Source of the DNA: an uncultured delta proteobacterium
GTDB lineage: Bacteria; Desulfobacterota; Binatia; Binatales; Binataceae
Assembly (NCBI GenBank): GCA_963711565.1
Contig: CAVQEQ010000001.1
Span: 960,001 to 1,024,000 of the forward strand
Length of the DNA: 64,000 nt
Direction: 5' to 3'
The translations under genes were made by a program, and so were the position numbers. Below the pieces are notes generated by a model. It did no database searches. It worked only from the letters and a program-made list of their open reading frames with translations, and was not told the DNA's origin. Of this stretch, positions 1 through 8,946 are shown one piece after another (position 1 is the first letter of the stretch; every line of letters starts with the position of its first letter).

Positions 1-12
1 ACAAACTGAATC

Positions 13-1296
13 TCACGCGCTACGCTTGTCGTCCGGCGCCTCGACTCCCGCCTTCGCCGCCGACTCGACCACCGCCGAACGGAAGATGCCATGCGCCATC
101 GTCGATTCCTCGCGATCCGTGCGCACCGCATAGACTTTCATCCGCACTTCATGCGCCGACTTGTCATCGGGCGCTGCCGCCACCGCCCAATCCGCCAGAT
201 GACACGCGAGCACGATATCGCCCGCCGCGAGTTTTTCATTCGCCCGCGCGATCATTGGCGCGATTCCGCCGGCCAGCGCCGCGATTTCCCGCGCCCGCTC
301 GCCGTCCGTCGCGGGTTTAAGATTCGACGGAGTGCCGTCGTACCATCCGCCTTCCAGCCGCCAGATATTACGCACGATAAACTCGGGCTCGTCATAAACC
401 GCCTGCAGCCACGGCTTCTCCGCAAGATTCGCCGGCGGCTTGACGGTGTGAATTACCTCGTCGAGCGGCGCGCCCGCATTCATCATCGCAATTGTCTGAT
501 CGTATAAACTCTGCAGATAGTTCGCGGTGTCGTTCAGCACCTGGCGCACGCGAATCGCGCCGAACACCGGGTAGCCATGCCCTGGCACGAGCACTTCCGC
601 GCCGAGCTTCGCCATCACGCGCAGCGCCTCGGCCCATTCGCGTGCGTAGCGCTGCGCCTTCTGCGGATTGCCCGCGTTGGGCGCCGCCCAGATGATCAAA
701 TCCCCGGTGCACAGCACTTTGCGCTGCGGGATATATACCCAGCAATGGTCGTCGGTCTCGCCGCGCGCGTGATGGCATTCATACTTGTCGTCGCCCGCAA
801 CTACATTCAACTGACTATCGAAGTAGGTATCCGGATATACATACTCAGTCGGCCATGGAGCCGGCCGGTTGAACTGCCGCGTATTGACTACTGTGTTGTA
901 GCCAGCCGTCCGCTTGTAGCGATCGAACCGCGCCGCGACTGCGCGATGCCCCACGACGCGCGGCCGCGCGACCTTGTTCTTCTGCGCATCCGCGACAATC
1001 GCCGGCATCCCGCACGCGTGATCGACATGCCCATGCGTGTAAATCGCCGTGTTCACCCGCTCCGGCGAGAACCGCCGAATCAGTTTCACCGTCGCGTCCT
1101 GGTTGAAGTAGCCGCCCGTGTCGATCAGCACGAGCCCCTCGCGCGTCTTGGCCGCCGTCACGTTCGCAAACCAGCGATAGAACATCACGCCATCGGCAAT
1201 CTCTTCATACTCGCCAGTCGGCACCAGCGGATGGAACTGGCGAGTGGTTATCGCGCCAGTAAAAATCTTCTCCGACTGATCTCTTATGACGCCCAT
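13..1296 (-). CDS. Alkyl/aryl sulfatase-like MBL-fold hydrolase
   Basis: THGHVDH metallo-beta-lactamase motif, GETDDH, PNAGNPQK and GWYDGTPSNL motifs typical of SdsA/BDS1 alkyl sulfatases. Confidence 0.85.
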   Translation of the reverse strand: MGVIRDQSEKIFTGAITTRQFHPLVPTGEYEEIADGVMFYRWFANVTAAKTREGLVLIDTGGYFNQDATVKLIRRFSPERVNTAIYTHGHVDHACGMPAIVADAQKNKVARPRVVGHRAVAARFDRYKRTAGYNTVVNTRQFNRPAPWPTEYVYPDTYFDSQLNVVAGDDKYECHHARGETDDHCWVYIPQRKVLCTGDLIIWAAPNAGNPQKAQRYAREWAEALRVMAKLGAEVLVPGHGYPVFGAIRVRQVLNDTANYLQSLYDQTIAMMNAGAPLDEVIHTVKPPANLAEKPWLQAVYDEPEFIVRNIWRLEGGWYDGTPSNLKPATDGERAREIAALAGGIAPMIARANEKLAAGDIVLACHLADWAVAAAPDDKSAHEVRMKVYAVRTDREESTMAHGIFRSAVVESAAKAGVEAPDDKRSA

Positions 1297-1365
1297 ACGA
1301 CTTGTCCCTTCCGGCTCTTACCTCGCCCAGGTTAAGATGTCGCGTTCCTCGCAACCTATTATTCG

Positions 1366-1466
1366 CCTCTCCCGCTTAGTTGCGGGAGAGGTCGCGCCAC
1401 TGGCGCGGGTGAGGGGGGAGCTTCACGGGAGAGGCGGCAGGCCGCATCGCGGCCGGTAGGTGAGGG
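1366..1466. repeat. REP-like palindromic repeat (CCTCTCCCG..CGGGAGAGG..GGGTGAGGG), about 1.5 units
   Basis: Hairpin CCTCTCCCGC/GCGGGAGAGG followed by GGGTGAGGG; related units at 3548 and 39348. Confidence 0.7.
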
Positions 1467-1487
1467 TTCTGCGGCTCATGCACAATT

Positions 1488-2192
1488 TCAATCCCCTTCG
1501 ATCCGATGCAGCTCCCCAATATGCCGAATCTTCTCATGCTCGACCCACGTGTAGCGCCGATGCTGATCGATCAGCCGCGCCTCGATTCCCGCCGCGCGCG
1601 CACCCTCTACATCGATCGAGTAGATATCGCCGGTAAATTTCACTTCGTCAGCAGCGACGCCGAGCCGTTCGAGCGCGATCTGAAAAATCCGCGGATCCGG
1701 CTTCGCCACGCCGACAATATGCGAGTCGATTATCACGTCAAAGTATTTCGCCAGCCCGAATCGTTGCGCGTCCGCTTCGACCTGCCCCTCCGCATTCGAC
1801 ACGATCGCGAGCTTGTATCCCGCCGACTTGAAGGCCTCGAGCGCCTCGAATGTGCCCGGCCGCACGACACGCCACAGCGTGGCCTCGCGATGTATCGCGC
1901 CGAACCTTGCCGCGTGCTCGCGAAATTCTTCTTCCGGAATTCCCGCCGCCGCCATCCAGCCGCGAAAAAAATGCTCGTACGCCGCGGCGGTCGCCAGCCT
2001 GTTCCCCTCGCTCATCAGATGCCGATCGATCGCCGCACGCCCCGCGTATTCCGCATGCTCGAGCGCAAGCGCATCGAGTTTGCGCCCCTCGCGCGAAAAC
2101 TCCCGCGCCAGCAATTCATAATCCAGAAACGCGAGCGTGCCGCCAAAGTCGAACATCAGCGCCTTCAGTTTTTCTCTTTTCTTGGGATTCAT
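1488..2192 (-). CDS. HAD-superfamily hydrolase
   Basis: FDFGGTL motif I, VSN motif II, KPDPRIF motif III, GDIYSIDVEGA motif IV. Confidence 0.9.
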   Translation of the reverse strand: MNPKKREKLKALMFDFGGTLAFLDYELLAREFSREGRKLDALALEHAEYAGRAAIDRHLMSEGNRLATAAAYEHFFRGWMAAAGIPEEEFREHAARFGAIHREATLWRVVRPGTFEALEAFKSAGYKLAIVSNAEGQVEADAQRFGLAKYFDVIIDSHIVGVAKPDPRIFQIALERLGVAADEVKFTGDIYSIDVEGARAAGIEARLIDQHRRYTWVEHEKIRHIGELHRIEGD

Positions 2193-2248
2193 TCCGCAAA
2201 TCAGCTTAGCAGCCCCCGGCCATCACCCGCATCTTTTCTTATCTTAAT

Positions 2249-2306
2249 ACTGGGTGCAGGGGTCACCCCTGCCGAAGGAAGTCTGAAACCCACGCGGGGT
2301 TTCAGA
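2249..2306 (+). repeat. 58-bp double-hairpin intergenic repeat, copy 1
   Basis: ACTGGGTGCAGGGGTCACCCCTGC-N9-TCTGAAACCC-N5-GGGTTTCAGA; a second full copy lies inverted at 39246-39303. Confidence 0.8.
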
Positions 2307-2402
2307 TTAAATTCCTAAGTCTCATTGCGCGGCTATCTAGCAAAAAGATATGATTTTTCTGGAGATTTCTCCCCGTCGCGCCAGCACTCAGCAGGAGTAG
2401 TG

Positions 2403-3011
2403 ATGTTCACCGGTATCATTGAAGATCTCGGCACCGTCGAAAGCCTCAAGCCGACCGACCAGGGCGCGGTGATTTCCGTCCACACCTCGCTCCCGATTTC
2501 CGAAATCACCATCGGCGACTCGATCACCGTCAACGGCGCCTGCCTGACTGTGATTTCCAAAAACCCCGGCCGCTTTGCGATGGACGTCTCGGCTGAAACC
2601 CTCCGATGCACCGGGCTTGGCAGTCTGAAACCCGGCGCCCGCGTCAATCTCGAGCGATGCCTCACGCTGGGCAAGTTGCTCGGCGGCCATCTCGTTTCCG
2701 GTCACGTCAACGGCGTCGGCCGCGTCGTTTCGATCAAGCCCGAGGGCGACTCGAAACTCTTCACCTTCGAGGTCGCACCCGCACAGGCGCGCTACCTGGT
2801 CGAGAAAGGCTCGGTCGGTATCGACGGCATCAGCCTCACGATTTTTTCGATCAACGACAACAATTTTTCCGTCGAGGTGATTCCCCACACGCTGCGCTCG
2901 ACGACGCTCGGCTTCAAGCAGCCCGGCGATTCCGTCAACATCGAGAACGACATGCTGGTCAAGTACGTCGAGAAGATCCTCGCCGTGCGAGCCGCCGCAA
3001 CCCCCGCGTAG
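2403..3011 (+). CDS. ribE: Riboflavin synthase (alpha chain)
   Basis: Diagnostic N-terminal MFTGII, NGACLT, VNLER, GGHLVSGHV, IPHT; start placed at ATG 2403. Confidence 0.95.
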   Translation: MFTGIIEDLGTVESLKPTDQGAVISVHTSLPISEITIGDSITVNGACLTVISKNPGRFAMDVSAETLRCTGLGSLKPGARVNLERCLTLGKLLGGHLVSGHVNGVGRVVSIKPEGDSKLFTFEVAPAQARYLVEKGSVGIDGISLTIFSINDNNFSVEVIPHTLRSTTLGFKQPGDSVNIENDMLVKYVEKILAVRAAATPA

Positions 3012-3023
3012 ATACTGAAAACG

Positions 3024-3491
3024 ATGAGCCTGATGCAGATACCGCGCAAGATCGAGTACGCACTGCGTGCGATGATCTATCTCGCCGATCATCCCGCGGG
3101 CGTGGCGCGCGGCACTGAGATAGCCACTCGCGAGCAAATCCCGAAGTACTATCTCGAAAAAGTCATTCGCGATCTGATGCGTCGCGGCCTCGTCCATGCG
3201 CGCCGCGGCCCCGGCGGCGGCTACCAGCTCGCGCGCAAAGCGGACACCGTCACGTTCCGCGACATCATCGAAGCCGTCGAGGGTCCGATCACGCTCAACG
3301 TATGTACCGACGGCAGCAGCTCATGCGCTCTGCAGCCGACCTGCCGGATGTATCGCGTGTGGGAGAAGGGTCAGCGCGTCCTGCTCGAAGTTTTCTCCGA
3401 CACCTCGCTCGCCGAAATAGCCGCGTCGCGCCCATCGCCGCCCATCTGCCCTCCCGACGAAATCTCGCCGGCCAAGTCGCAGCCCGCATAG
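3024..3491 (+). CDS. Rrf2-family transcriptional regulator
   Basis: EYALRA, YLEKV, RGPGGGYQLA, DIIEAVEG and three C-terminal Cys (possible Fe-S ligands). Confidence 0.92.
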   Translation: MSLMQIPRKIEYALRAMIYLADHPAGVARGTEIATREQIPKYYLEKVIRDLMRRGLVHARRGPGGGYQLARKADTVTFRDIIEAVEGPITLNVCTDGSSSCALQPTCRMYRVWEKGQRVLLEVFSDTSLAEIAASRPSPPICPPDEISPAKSQPA

Positions 3492-3547
3492 CCCGAATTG
3501 AAGACGCCCCGAACCCCGACGCCGCGAACGCCCCCCGCGCGATTCTT

Positions 3548-3581
3548 CCCCTTCCCTCGAGGGAAGGGGTTACGGGTTAGG
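3548..3581. repeat. REP-like hairpin CCCCTTCCC-TCGA-GGGAAGGGG plus GGGTTAGG
   Basis: Perfect palindrome with the same tail layout as the repeats at 1366 and 39348. Confidence 0.6.
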
Positions 3582-3616
3582 TTGCCCGCATTCTTCTCTT
3601 TTCCGGATCCCACCCC

Positions 3617-4798
3617 GTGAGCGATTTCGCACCCATCAGCCTCGGCGACTTCACCGCAAAACCGCGCCGCGGCGCTCCGGTCTTCACCGAGAAAACTTTC
3701 TACCTCGAGGAATTCTACGGCAAGAGCCTGCTCTTCGCGCTGATTCCGCCCGCCGGACAGCGCATCGCCGAATTCGACTCTCTCCTCCTGACGCTCCGCG
3801 AATTGCGCCGCAATCAGACCCGATGCGTCGTCATCGTTTCGCCGAGCGCGATGCCGAAGCTGATGCGCCGGCTCGGACGCCTCGCGCCCAAGGAGCCGCC
3901 GCCCGTCTTCAACCCGTCCGAAGGATTGCGCTCGCGCCCCTATCCGCCCGACTCCGCCGTCGCCGAAATCTGGGAGCGGCTCCGCGCCGGCTCGATCGTC
4001 GTCGCCTCGATGAGTCGCGACGACGCCGACGATCTCACCGTCTTCGCGCGCGAGCTCGCCAGCCGGCTGCGCGTCTTCAAGCTCCTGATGCTCGATCGGC
4101 GCGGCGGACTGCTCGACAAGGACGGCAACCGGCTCTCCTTCGTCGAGGAACGCCGCATCGGCCGCACGATGCGCAATATCCGCTCGCCCGCTCGCAGAGC
4201 CATCGTCCGCGCCGCCCTCGACGCGCTTGAAGACGGCGTAGGCTCCGTCAACCTGGTCGCGCCTGCCGACGTTTACGAAGAACTCTTCAGCTTCATCGGC
4301 GCCGGCACGCTGTTCACCGAGATGCAGTACGGCTTCGTCCGCCCCGTTTCGATCGACGACTTCGAGGAAGTCGAGGCGCTCATCGTCCGCGGTCAGAACG
4401 AAGGCTACCTGCTGCCGCGCACGCCCGAGCAGATCGCGCAGATCCTGCCTTCATGCTTCGGCTATCGAATCGGCGACGAGCACCTCGCCGGAATCTGCTC
4501 GCTGCTGACCGAGCCCTACCGCCGCGACCGATGCGGCGAGATCACCGCGATGTACACCCTGACACGCTTCCAGGGCGAAGGCGTCGCCGCCGTGCTGGTC
4601 CGCGAGATCTTGAAGGAAGCCAGGGCGCGCCGCCTCAAATATCTGTTCGCCTGCACCAGTGACGATCGCGTCGCCGGACTCTTCTCCCGCCTCGGCTTCA
4701 AACGCGTGACCGCCCGCGAGGTCTCCGCATCCAAGTGGCGCGACTACGATCCCTCGCGCATCCAGAGCCTGAGTATATTGCGCACCGACCTCGACTGA
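3617..4798 (+). CDS. ArgA-like protein (degenerate amino-acid-kinase domain plus GNAT acetyltransferase)
   Basis: EELFSFIGAGTLF linker, EGYLLPRT and FQGEGVA acetyl-CoA motif resemble amino-acid N-acetyltransferase. Confidence 0.65.
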   Translation: MSDFAPISLGDFTAKPRRGAPVFTEKTFYLEEFYGKSLLFALIPPAGQRIAEFDSLLLTLRELRRNQTRCVVIVSPSAMPKLMRRLGRLAPKEPPPVFNPSEGLRSRPYPPDSAVAEIWERLRAGSIVVASMSRDDADDLTVFARELASRLRVFKLLMLDRRGGLLDKDGNRLSFVEERRIGRTMRNIRSPARRAIVRAALDALEDGVGSVNLVAPADVYEELFSFIGAGTLFTEMQYGFVRPVSIDDFEEVEALIVRGQNEGYLLPRTPEQIAQILPSCFGYRIGDEHLAGICSLLTEPYRRDRCGEITAMYTLTRFQGEGVAAVLVREILKEARARRLKYLFACTSDDRVAGLFSRLGFKRVTAREVSASKWRDYDPSRIQSLSILRTDLD

Positions 4799-4835
4799 CT
4801 ATTCGTCGAATAACTAGTTGCTATTTACTTTCGCG

Positions 4836-5270
4836 TTAATTGTGTCGATCGCAGGCTGTGATATTTTCCTGTATCCGGCAAAATTGCGCGCGATCCTTTC
4901 CCGCCGAGGCCCGGCAATGTGTCATCGCCTGTCTCGTGGCGACCGCCACGTCCGGTCCGAGCCCCCAGCCGAAGCCGGGTGTCCCGGACTTGGGATCGAA
5001 TGCTGCCGCGTAGCACTTCCCCGTGAACGTCCGCATGATCCTGCATCGCGCCGCTGCTTTCTGGACGTCGGGTTGCGAACGACACTTCTCAAGTGCCGCC
5101 GCGATTGCCCCCTCGCGCGTTGAATCGTCAACACTTCCACCGATAGCAACTCCATCCACCACAACGTTGCCAGTCGACCCAATAGCCAGAGCCCCTTCAG
5201 CCCCGACGCGAGCCGAGAATCCGATCAGCGCCGTGAGACCGAAGAGTGAGACGATCAGGATCTTTTGCAT
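4836..5270 (-). CDS. Secreted DUF4189-like protein
   Basis: Signal peptide, GALA start, A...ALEKC..C...F...C.AAA pattern repeated twice. Confidence 0.7.
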   Translation of the reverse strand: MQKILIVSLFGLTALIGFSARVGAEGALAIGSTGNVVVDGVAIGGSVDDSTREGAIAAALEKCRSQPDVQKAAARCRIMRTFTGKCYAAAFDPKSGTPGFGWGLGPDVAVATRQAMTHCRASAGKDRAQFCRIQENITACDRHN

Positions 5271-5447
5271 GTTTTCCTCTTCTCGCCATTGCTAAGCCAT
5301 AAATGGCTTCACGCGATCTTAGTTAACAGCATTTGACCGGCATGACCGAATTGACGCTACTGAAGCCCTAACGCTACCGCGGCCGCATCCGGCGCTCCCT
5401 CAATTTCACGTGGCGGCGATTCCGGCGCCGCTCAGTGGCGCTTCACG

Positions 5448-5472
5448 CTGGGTGCAGGGGTCAGCCCATGCC
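5448..5472 (+). repeat. Partial copy of the 58-bp double-hairpin repeat
   Basis: CTGGGTGCAGGGGTCAGCCCATGCC matches the 5' half of 2249-2306. Confidence 0.55.
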
Positions 5473-5573
5473 GCCCGCCGCGCAGGCGATTATGCTCTTC
5501 TTGACCGATCGAGAAGAAGTTGCTCGGAGATGGCGGGTGCGCGATACCTTCAATAGTAATCGAGGTGTCAGTC

Positions 5574-6383
5574 ATGGCTGATAGTGGAATCAAGGTTCGA
5601 ATCGAGGGTGAGCTCGCTTACATCGCGCTCAACCGGCCGGAGAAGCGCAACGCGATTAACCAGGCGATGCTCCGGGCGCTTCCCGAGGCGATCGACGAGG
5701 TCGATCGGACCGACGTTCGCGCGATCATCATTTACGGCGAGGGCCAGGCGTTCTCCGCCGGCATCGATTTCACCTCGCTCACCAATGATACCGGCGCGCG
5801 CGGCGGCGAAGGCGGCGGTCCCCACCTGCAGCGCTTTCGGCGCTTCGTCGCGGAGTCGCAGGCGTCGCTGAATCGGATCGAGAGCGTCGAGAAGCCGGTC
5901 ATCGGCGCGCTGCACGGCTTCGTCGGCGGCCTCGGACTCGAGCTCGCGCTCGCCTGCGACGCGCGAATCGCTTCCGTCGGCGCGCGCCTCGGGATGCCCG
6001 AGGTGCGCATCGGCCTGGTGCCCGACGTCGGCGGCACTACGCGGCTGACGCGGACGGTCGGCTACGCCCGCTCGAAGGAACTGATCATGACGGCACGGAT
6101 GATCGAAGCGGCTGACGCTGAAAAGATCGGGCTGGTGAATCGCGTCGTCGCCGAAGGGACGCATCTCGCGGCGGCCGAAGAGCTGGCGCGCGAGATGGCG
6201 CGCAACGCCCCGCTCGCGGTCGGCCTCGCCAAGCGCATCATCGACAAGGGCCACGGCCTCGACAAGATGACGTTCCAGGAGCTCGAAGTGCTGGCGCAGA
6301 GCTCGCTCCTGCTCACCGAAGATTTTCGCGAAGGCGCGACCGCCCTGGCGCAGCGGCGCGAGCCGCGCTTCAAGGGACGTTGA
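5574..6383 (+). CDS. Enoyl-CoA hydratase/isomerase family protein
   Basis: LNRPEKRNAI, AFSAGID, GLGLELALACD, PEVRIGLVPD. Confidence 0.92.
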   Translation: MADSGIKVRIEGELAYIALNRPEKRNAINQAMLRALPEAIDEVDRTDVRAIIIYGEGQAFSAGIDFTSLTNDTGARGGEGGGPHLQRFRRFVAESQASLNRIESVEKPVIGALHGFVGGLGLELALACDARIASVGARLGMPEVRIGLVPDVGGTTRLTRTVGYARSKELIMTARMIEAADAEKIGLVNRVVAEGTHLAAAEELAREMARNAPLAVGLAKRIIDKGHGLDKMTFQELEVLAQSSLLLTEDFREGATALAQRREPRFKGR

Positions 6384-7308
6384 GGCGCATCTCGAAGCCC
6401 AGTTCGATGCTTTCGCCGGGCGCGAGCTCGCGCATCCCCGCCGCGACGCCCCGCGCCGCAAGATTGAACGCGTCGGGCGCGCAAGTGTACGGCTCGAGCG
6501 CAACGACAGGATTATCAGGCGGCGCATACAGGACGAAGTCGCCGAACGCGGCGTCCGCACGAATCTCGACCGCGACTTTCATCGACGGATCGATCAGCCG
6601 CGCACGCACCTTCGACGCATCGCCCTCTGATATTGGCGCCATGCGGAATACGTCATCGTAAGTCTCAGCTCCAAGCGCACGCGGCGCGCGAAGATCATAC
6701 TTGCCTGCGAGCGGTTCGACGTTACCAGTAGGAATGAGATTCGAGTCGAGCGCCCATCGGGCGTTGGCGTCGAGCTGGACTATCATCGCGTCGCGCGCGC
6801 CTTTCGGATTGAGCGGCGCGTGAAAATATGGATGCGCTCCGAATCCGAACGGCATCACTGAGTCGCCCGTGTTGCTGATGCGCGCCTTCAATCTCAGTCC
6901 ATTACCTACTTCGTAGTCTATTTCGAGCGTGAACGGCCACGGCCAGATCGAATTGAGATCCGGATAGTCAGAAGAATCGAAAATCGTGGTGACGAAGTAG
7001 GGTCCGCGCCGCGTCATGCGAAAGGCGCGTTCGCATGCGAAGCCATGAATCGCGTTGCCGCGTGCGGGTTCGTTCACCGGCAGCCCGTACTCGCGACCCT
7101 CGAACGTGAAGCGTGCGCCACCGACGCGACTCGGCCACGGAAAGAGAATCGGAATGCCGCCGCGATGCGGATGCTCGCGCCATGCGTCGGGACTCGCGGG
7201 CCCCGCGATCACGTCGAGCGTGCCGGCGCGGTAGCTGAGACATTGGCATCCGGCGCCGGGCACAATCACGGCGCGTTCACTCTGTGCCTCGAGAGTTATG
7301 AGTTCCAC
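6370..7308 (-). CDS. Aldose 1-epimerase family protein
   Basis: GIPILFPWP, NAIHG, FGAHPYF, YDD, ALEPYTC; GTG start inferred. Confidence 0.88.
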   Translation of the reverse strand: MELITLEAQSERAVIVPGAGCQCLSYRAGTLDVIAGPASPDAWREHPHRGGIPILFPWPSRVGGARFTFEGREYGLPVNEPARGNAIHGFACERAFRMTRRGPYFVTTIFDSSDYPDLNSIWPWPFTLEIDYEVGNGLRLKARISNTGDSVMPFGFGAHPYFHAPLNPKGARDAMIVQLDANARWALDSNLIPTGNVEPLAGKYDLRAPRALGAETYDDVFRMAPISEGDASKVRARLIDPSMKVAVEIRADAAFGDFVLYAPPDNPVVALEPYTCAPDAFNLAARGVAAGMRELAPGESIELGFEMRLNVP

Positions 7309-7436
7309 GATGATTAGCGAATTGCGGCAGCGAGGGTTCGGCCCGAAGGTTGGGCGTCCCCCCTCGATTGAGTACACCTTGCCGCGCGACGAAGTGGCTA
7401 ACTACAATCGCGTGCTATGCAGAAACGCGGAACTGA

Positions 7437-7745
7437 CTAATGGTCGCGTCCGCCGCCGCGGCGTTCGCCACCGCCGCCACCGCCACCTGCGCCGCCGCTG
7501 CGCGCCTGCGCTTCGTTGACGCGAATCGGACGGCCCTTGATGTCGCGGCCGTTCAGTTTCTTGATTGCGCCTTCGGCCGCCTCATCGGTCGCCATCTCGA
7601 CGAAACCGAATCCCCGCGAGCGATTGGTGGCGCGATCAATGATGACTTGCGAGCTGTCCACCTTTCCTGCTTCTGAAAATACGTCGAGCAGATCCTGGTC
7701 GGTCACAGTCCAAGCCAGATTCCCAACATACAGTCTGCGGCCCAT
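7437..7745 (-). CDS. RRM-domain RNA-binding protein
   Basis: RNP2 LYVGNL, RNP1 RGFGFVEM, Gly-rich tail. Confidence 0.95.
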   Translation of the reverse strand: MGRRLYVGNLAWTVTDQDLLDVFSEAGKVDSSQVIIDRATNRSRGFGFVEMATDEAAEGAIKKLNGRDIKGRPIRVNEAQARSGGAGGGGGGGERRGGGRDH

Positions 7746-8422
7746 CACTCTCTCCTTGCGCGCATCCCGAGTGCCTCGCGGCGTCCAGCGTCAATAGCTA
7801 TACCGACAGCGCGCATCTAGTCAGAATTCCGGAATGCTTATAGCATCGCGCCAAGCGCAAACATAGTGCTCTTTTTGTCCGATTTTCCCCTAATTCATAT
7901 CGCTAGTTAGTAGGGAACTGATTAACCAAATCCACACCCAGCAATGATCTGAAAGTACGATGCCTATGCGCAATATCGTAAGCATTATGAATCCTCGTTG
8001 AGTCTAAAATCGTTTTGCCATACGAGGTCGGCCGTCAGGACTTCAACTACGCCGACGAGAGAAGGTTTGCGCGGCTCGTCTCCGGGGTCTGACCACCAGC
8101 GGCGGGAATCAGCCACGAGAGCCACCGTCGGTTGAGGTGATCGGCGAGCGTCAACGACGTTCGCCGCGGACGTAGATCACGGTCCATTTCCATTCGCAAA
8201 TTCGATTGGCTACGTGGCCTGCCTCGGCGACTGATTAAACTTTCCGCCATGTGACTATCTGGATGCGAGCGTCAAGAGTTAATTCGAAACACCTATCCAC
8301 TATATCCACTTGAATGAAGTTGATAGTGGACAAAATGACTTTGATACTTGTAGATATGGGATTCATTGTGTATGTTCAAAGTTGATTTATACTGATCGAT
8401 CCCCTCGAAAGGAGATAGCTAC

Positions 8423-8806
8423 ATGCCTCGCAAAAGTACCTCAGGTGGAACCTCATCGGCGTTCCAGCAAGTACAGCGGCAAGCGCGCACTTTGCTACTC
8501 AATCTGCGTAAGGAGATCCGCCTGAAGGAGTCAGTACTTAGTAAGTTGAAGCAGGAGGAAGTGCGACTGGGATCGTTGATCGGACGGGCGGGCGGCTCGG
8601 CCAAGTTGGTTAGCAGCGGACCCACGGGCCGCGTCAATTGGCGCGCCGTGCTTTCGGCGCTTCCCAAGCAATTCAAGGCGGCCGACGTTCGCAATGTGCG
8701 GGGACTCAAGGGCAAGCGGCCGTCGGAGATTTTTGCGGCAATTACGCGATGGATTGATGCCGGCACCGCGCGGCGAAAGGCACGCGGAGTGTACGAAAGA
8801 GTCTAG
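8423..8806 (+). CDS. Small basic hypothetical protein (coiled coil plus possible winged helix)
   Basis: AAGGAG RBS; Lys/Arg-rich; C-terminal RKARGVYE wing-like end. Confidence 0.7.
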   Translation: MPRKSTSGGTSSAFQQVQRQARTLLLNLRKEIRLKESVLSKLKQEEVRLGSLIGRAGGSAKLVSSGPTGRVNWRAVLSALPKQFKAADVRNVRGLKGKRPSEIFAAITRWIDAGTARRKARGVYERV

Positions 8807-8946
8807 CCGAAGATTCGCGCGCACCTGCCGCAATGCGGTATGGTGCAATCGAGTCCAATTGAGCGGCGCCGCGATTGATCAGCAGCGCCGTTTCTATTGT
8901 TCCGCTGAATACGAAACCTCACTCGCGTGCGAAAGAGTCAGACCAC

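Noticed and set aside
2193-2402. FMN riboswitch upstream of ribE
   Set aside because: No RFN consensus visible; the structured sequence here is a dispersed repeat also found at 39246.
7800-8420. Replication origin in the AT-rich gap
   Set aside because: Only imperfect TATCCAC-like words, no clustered consensus DnaA boxes and no dnaA/dnaN/parAB context.
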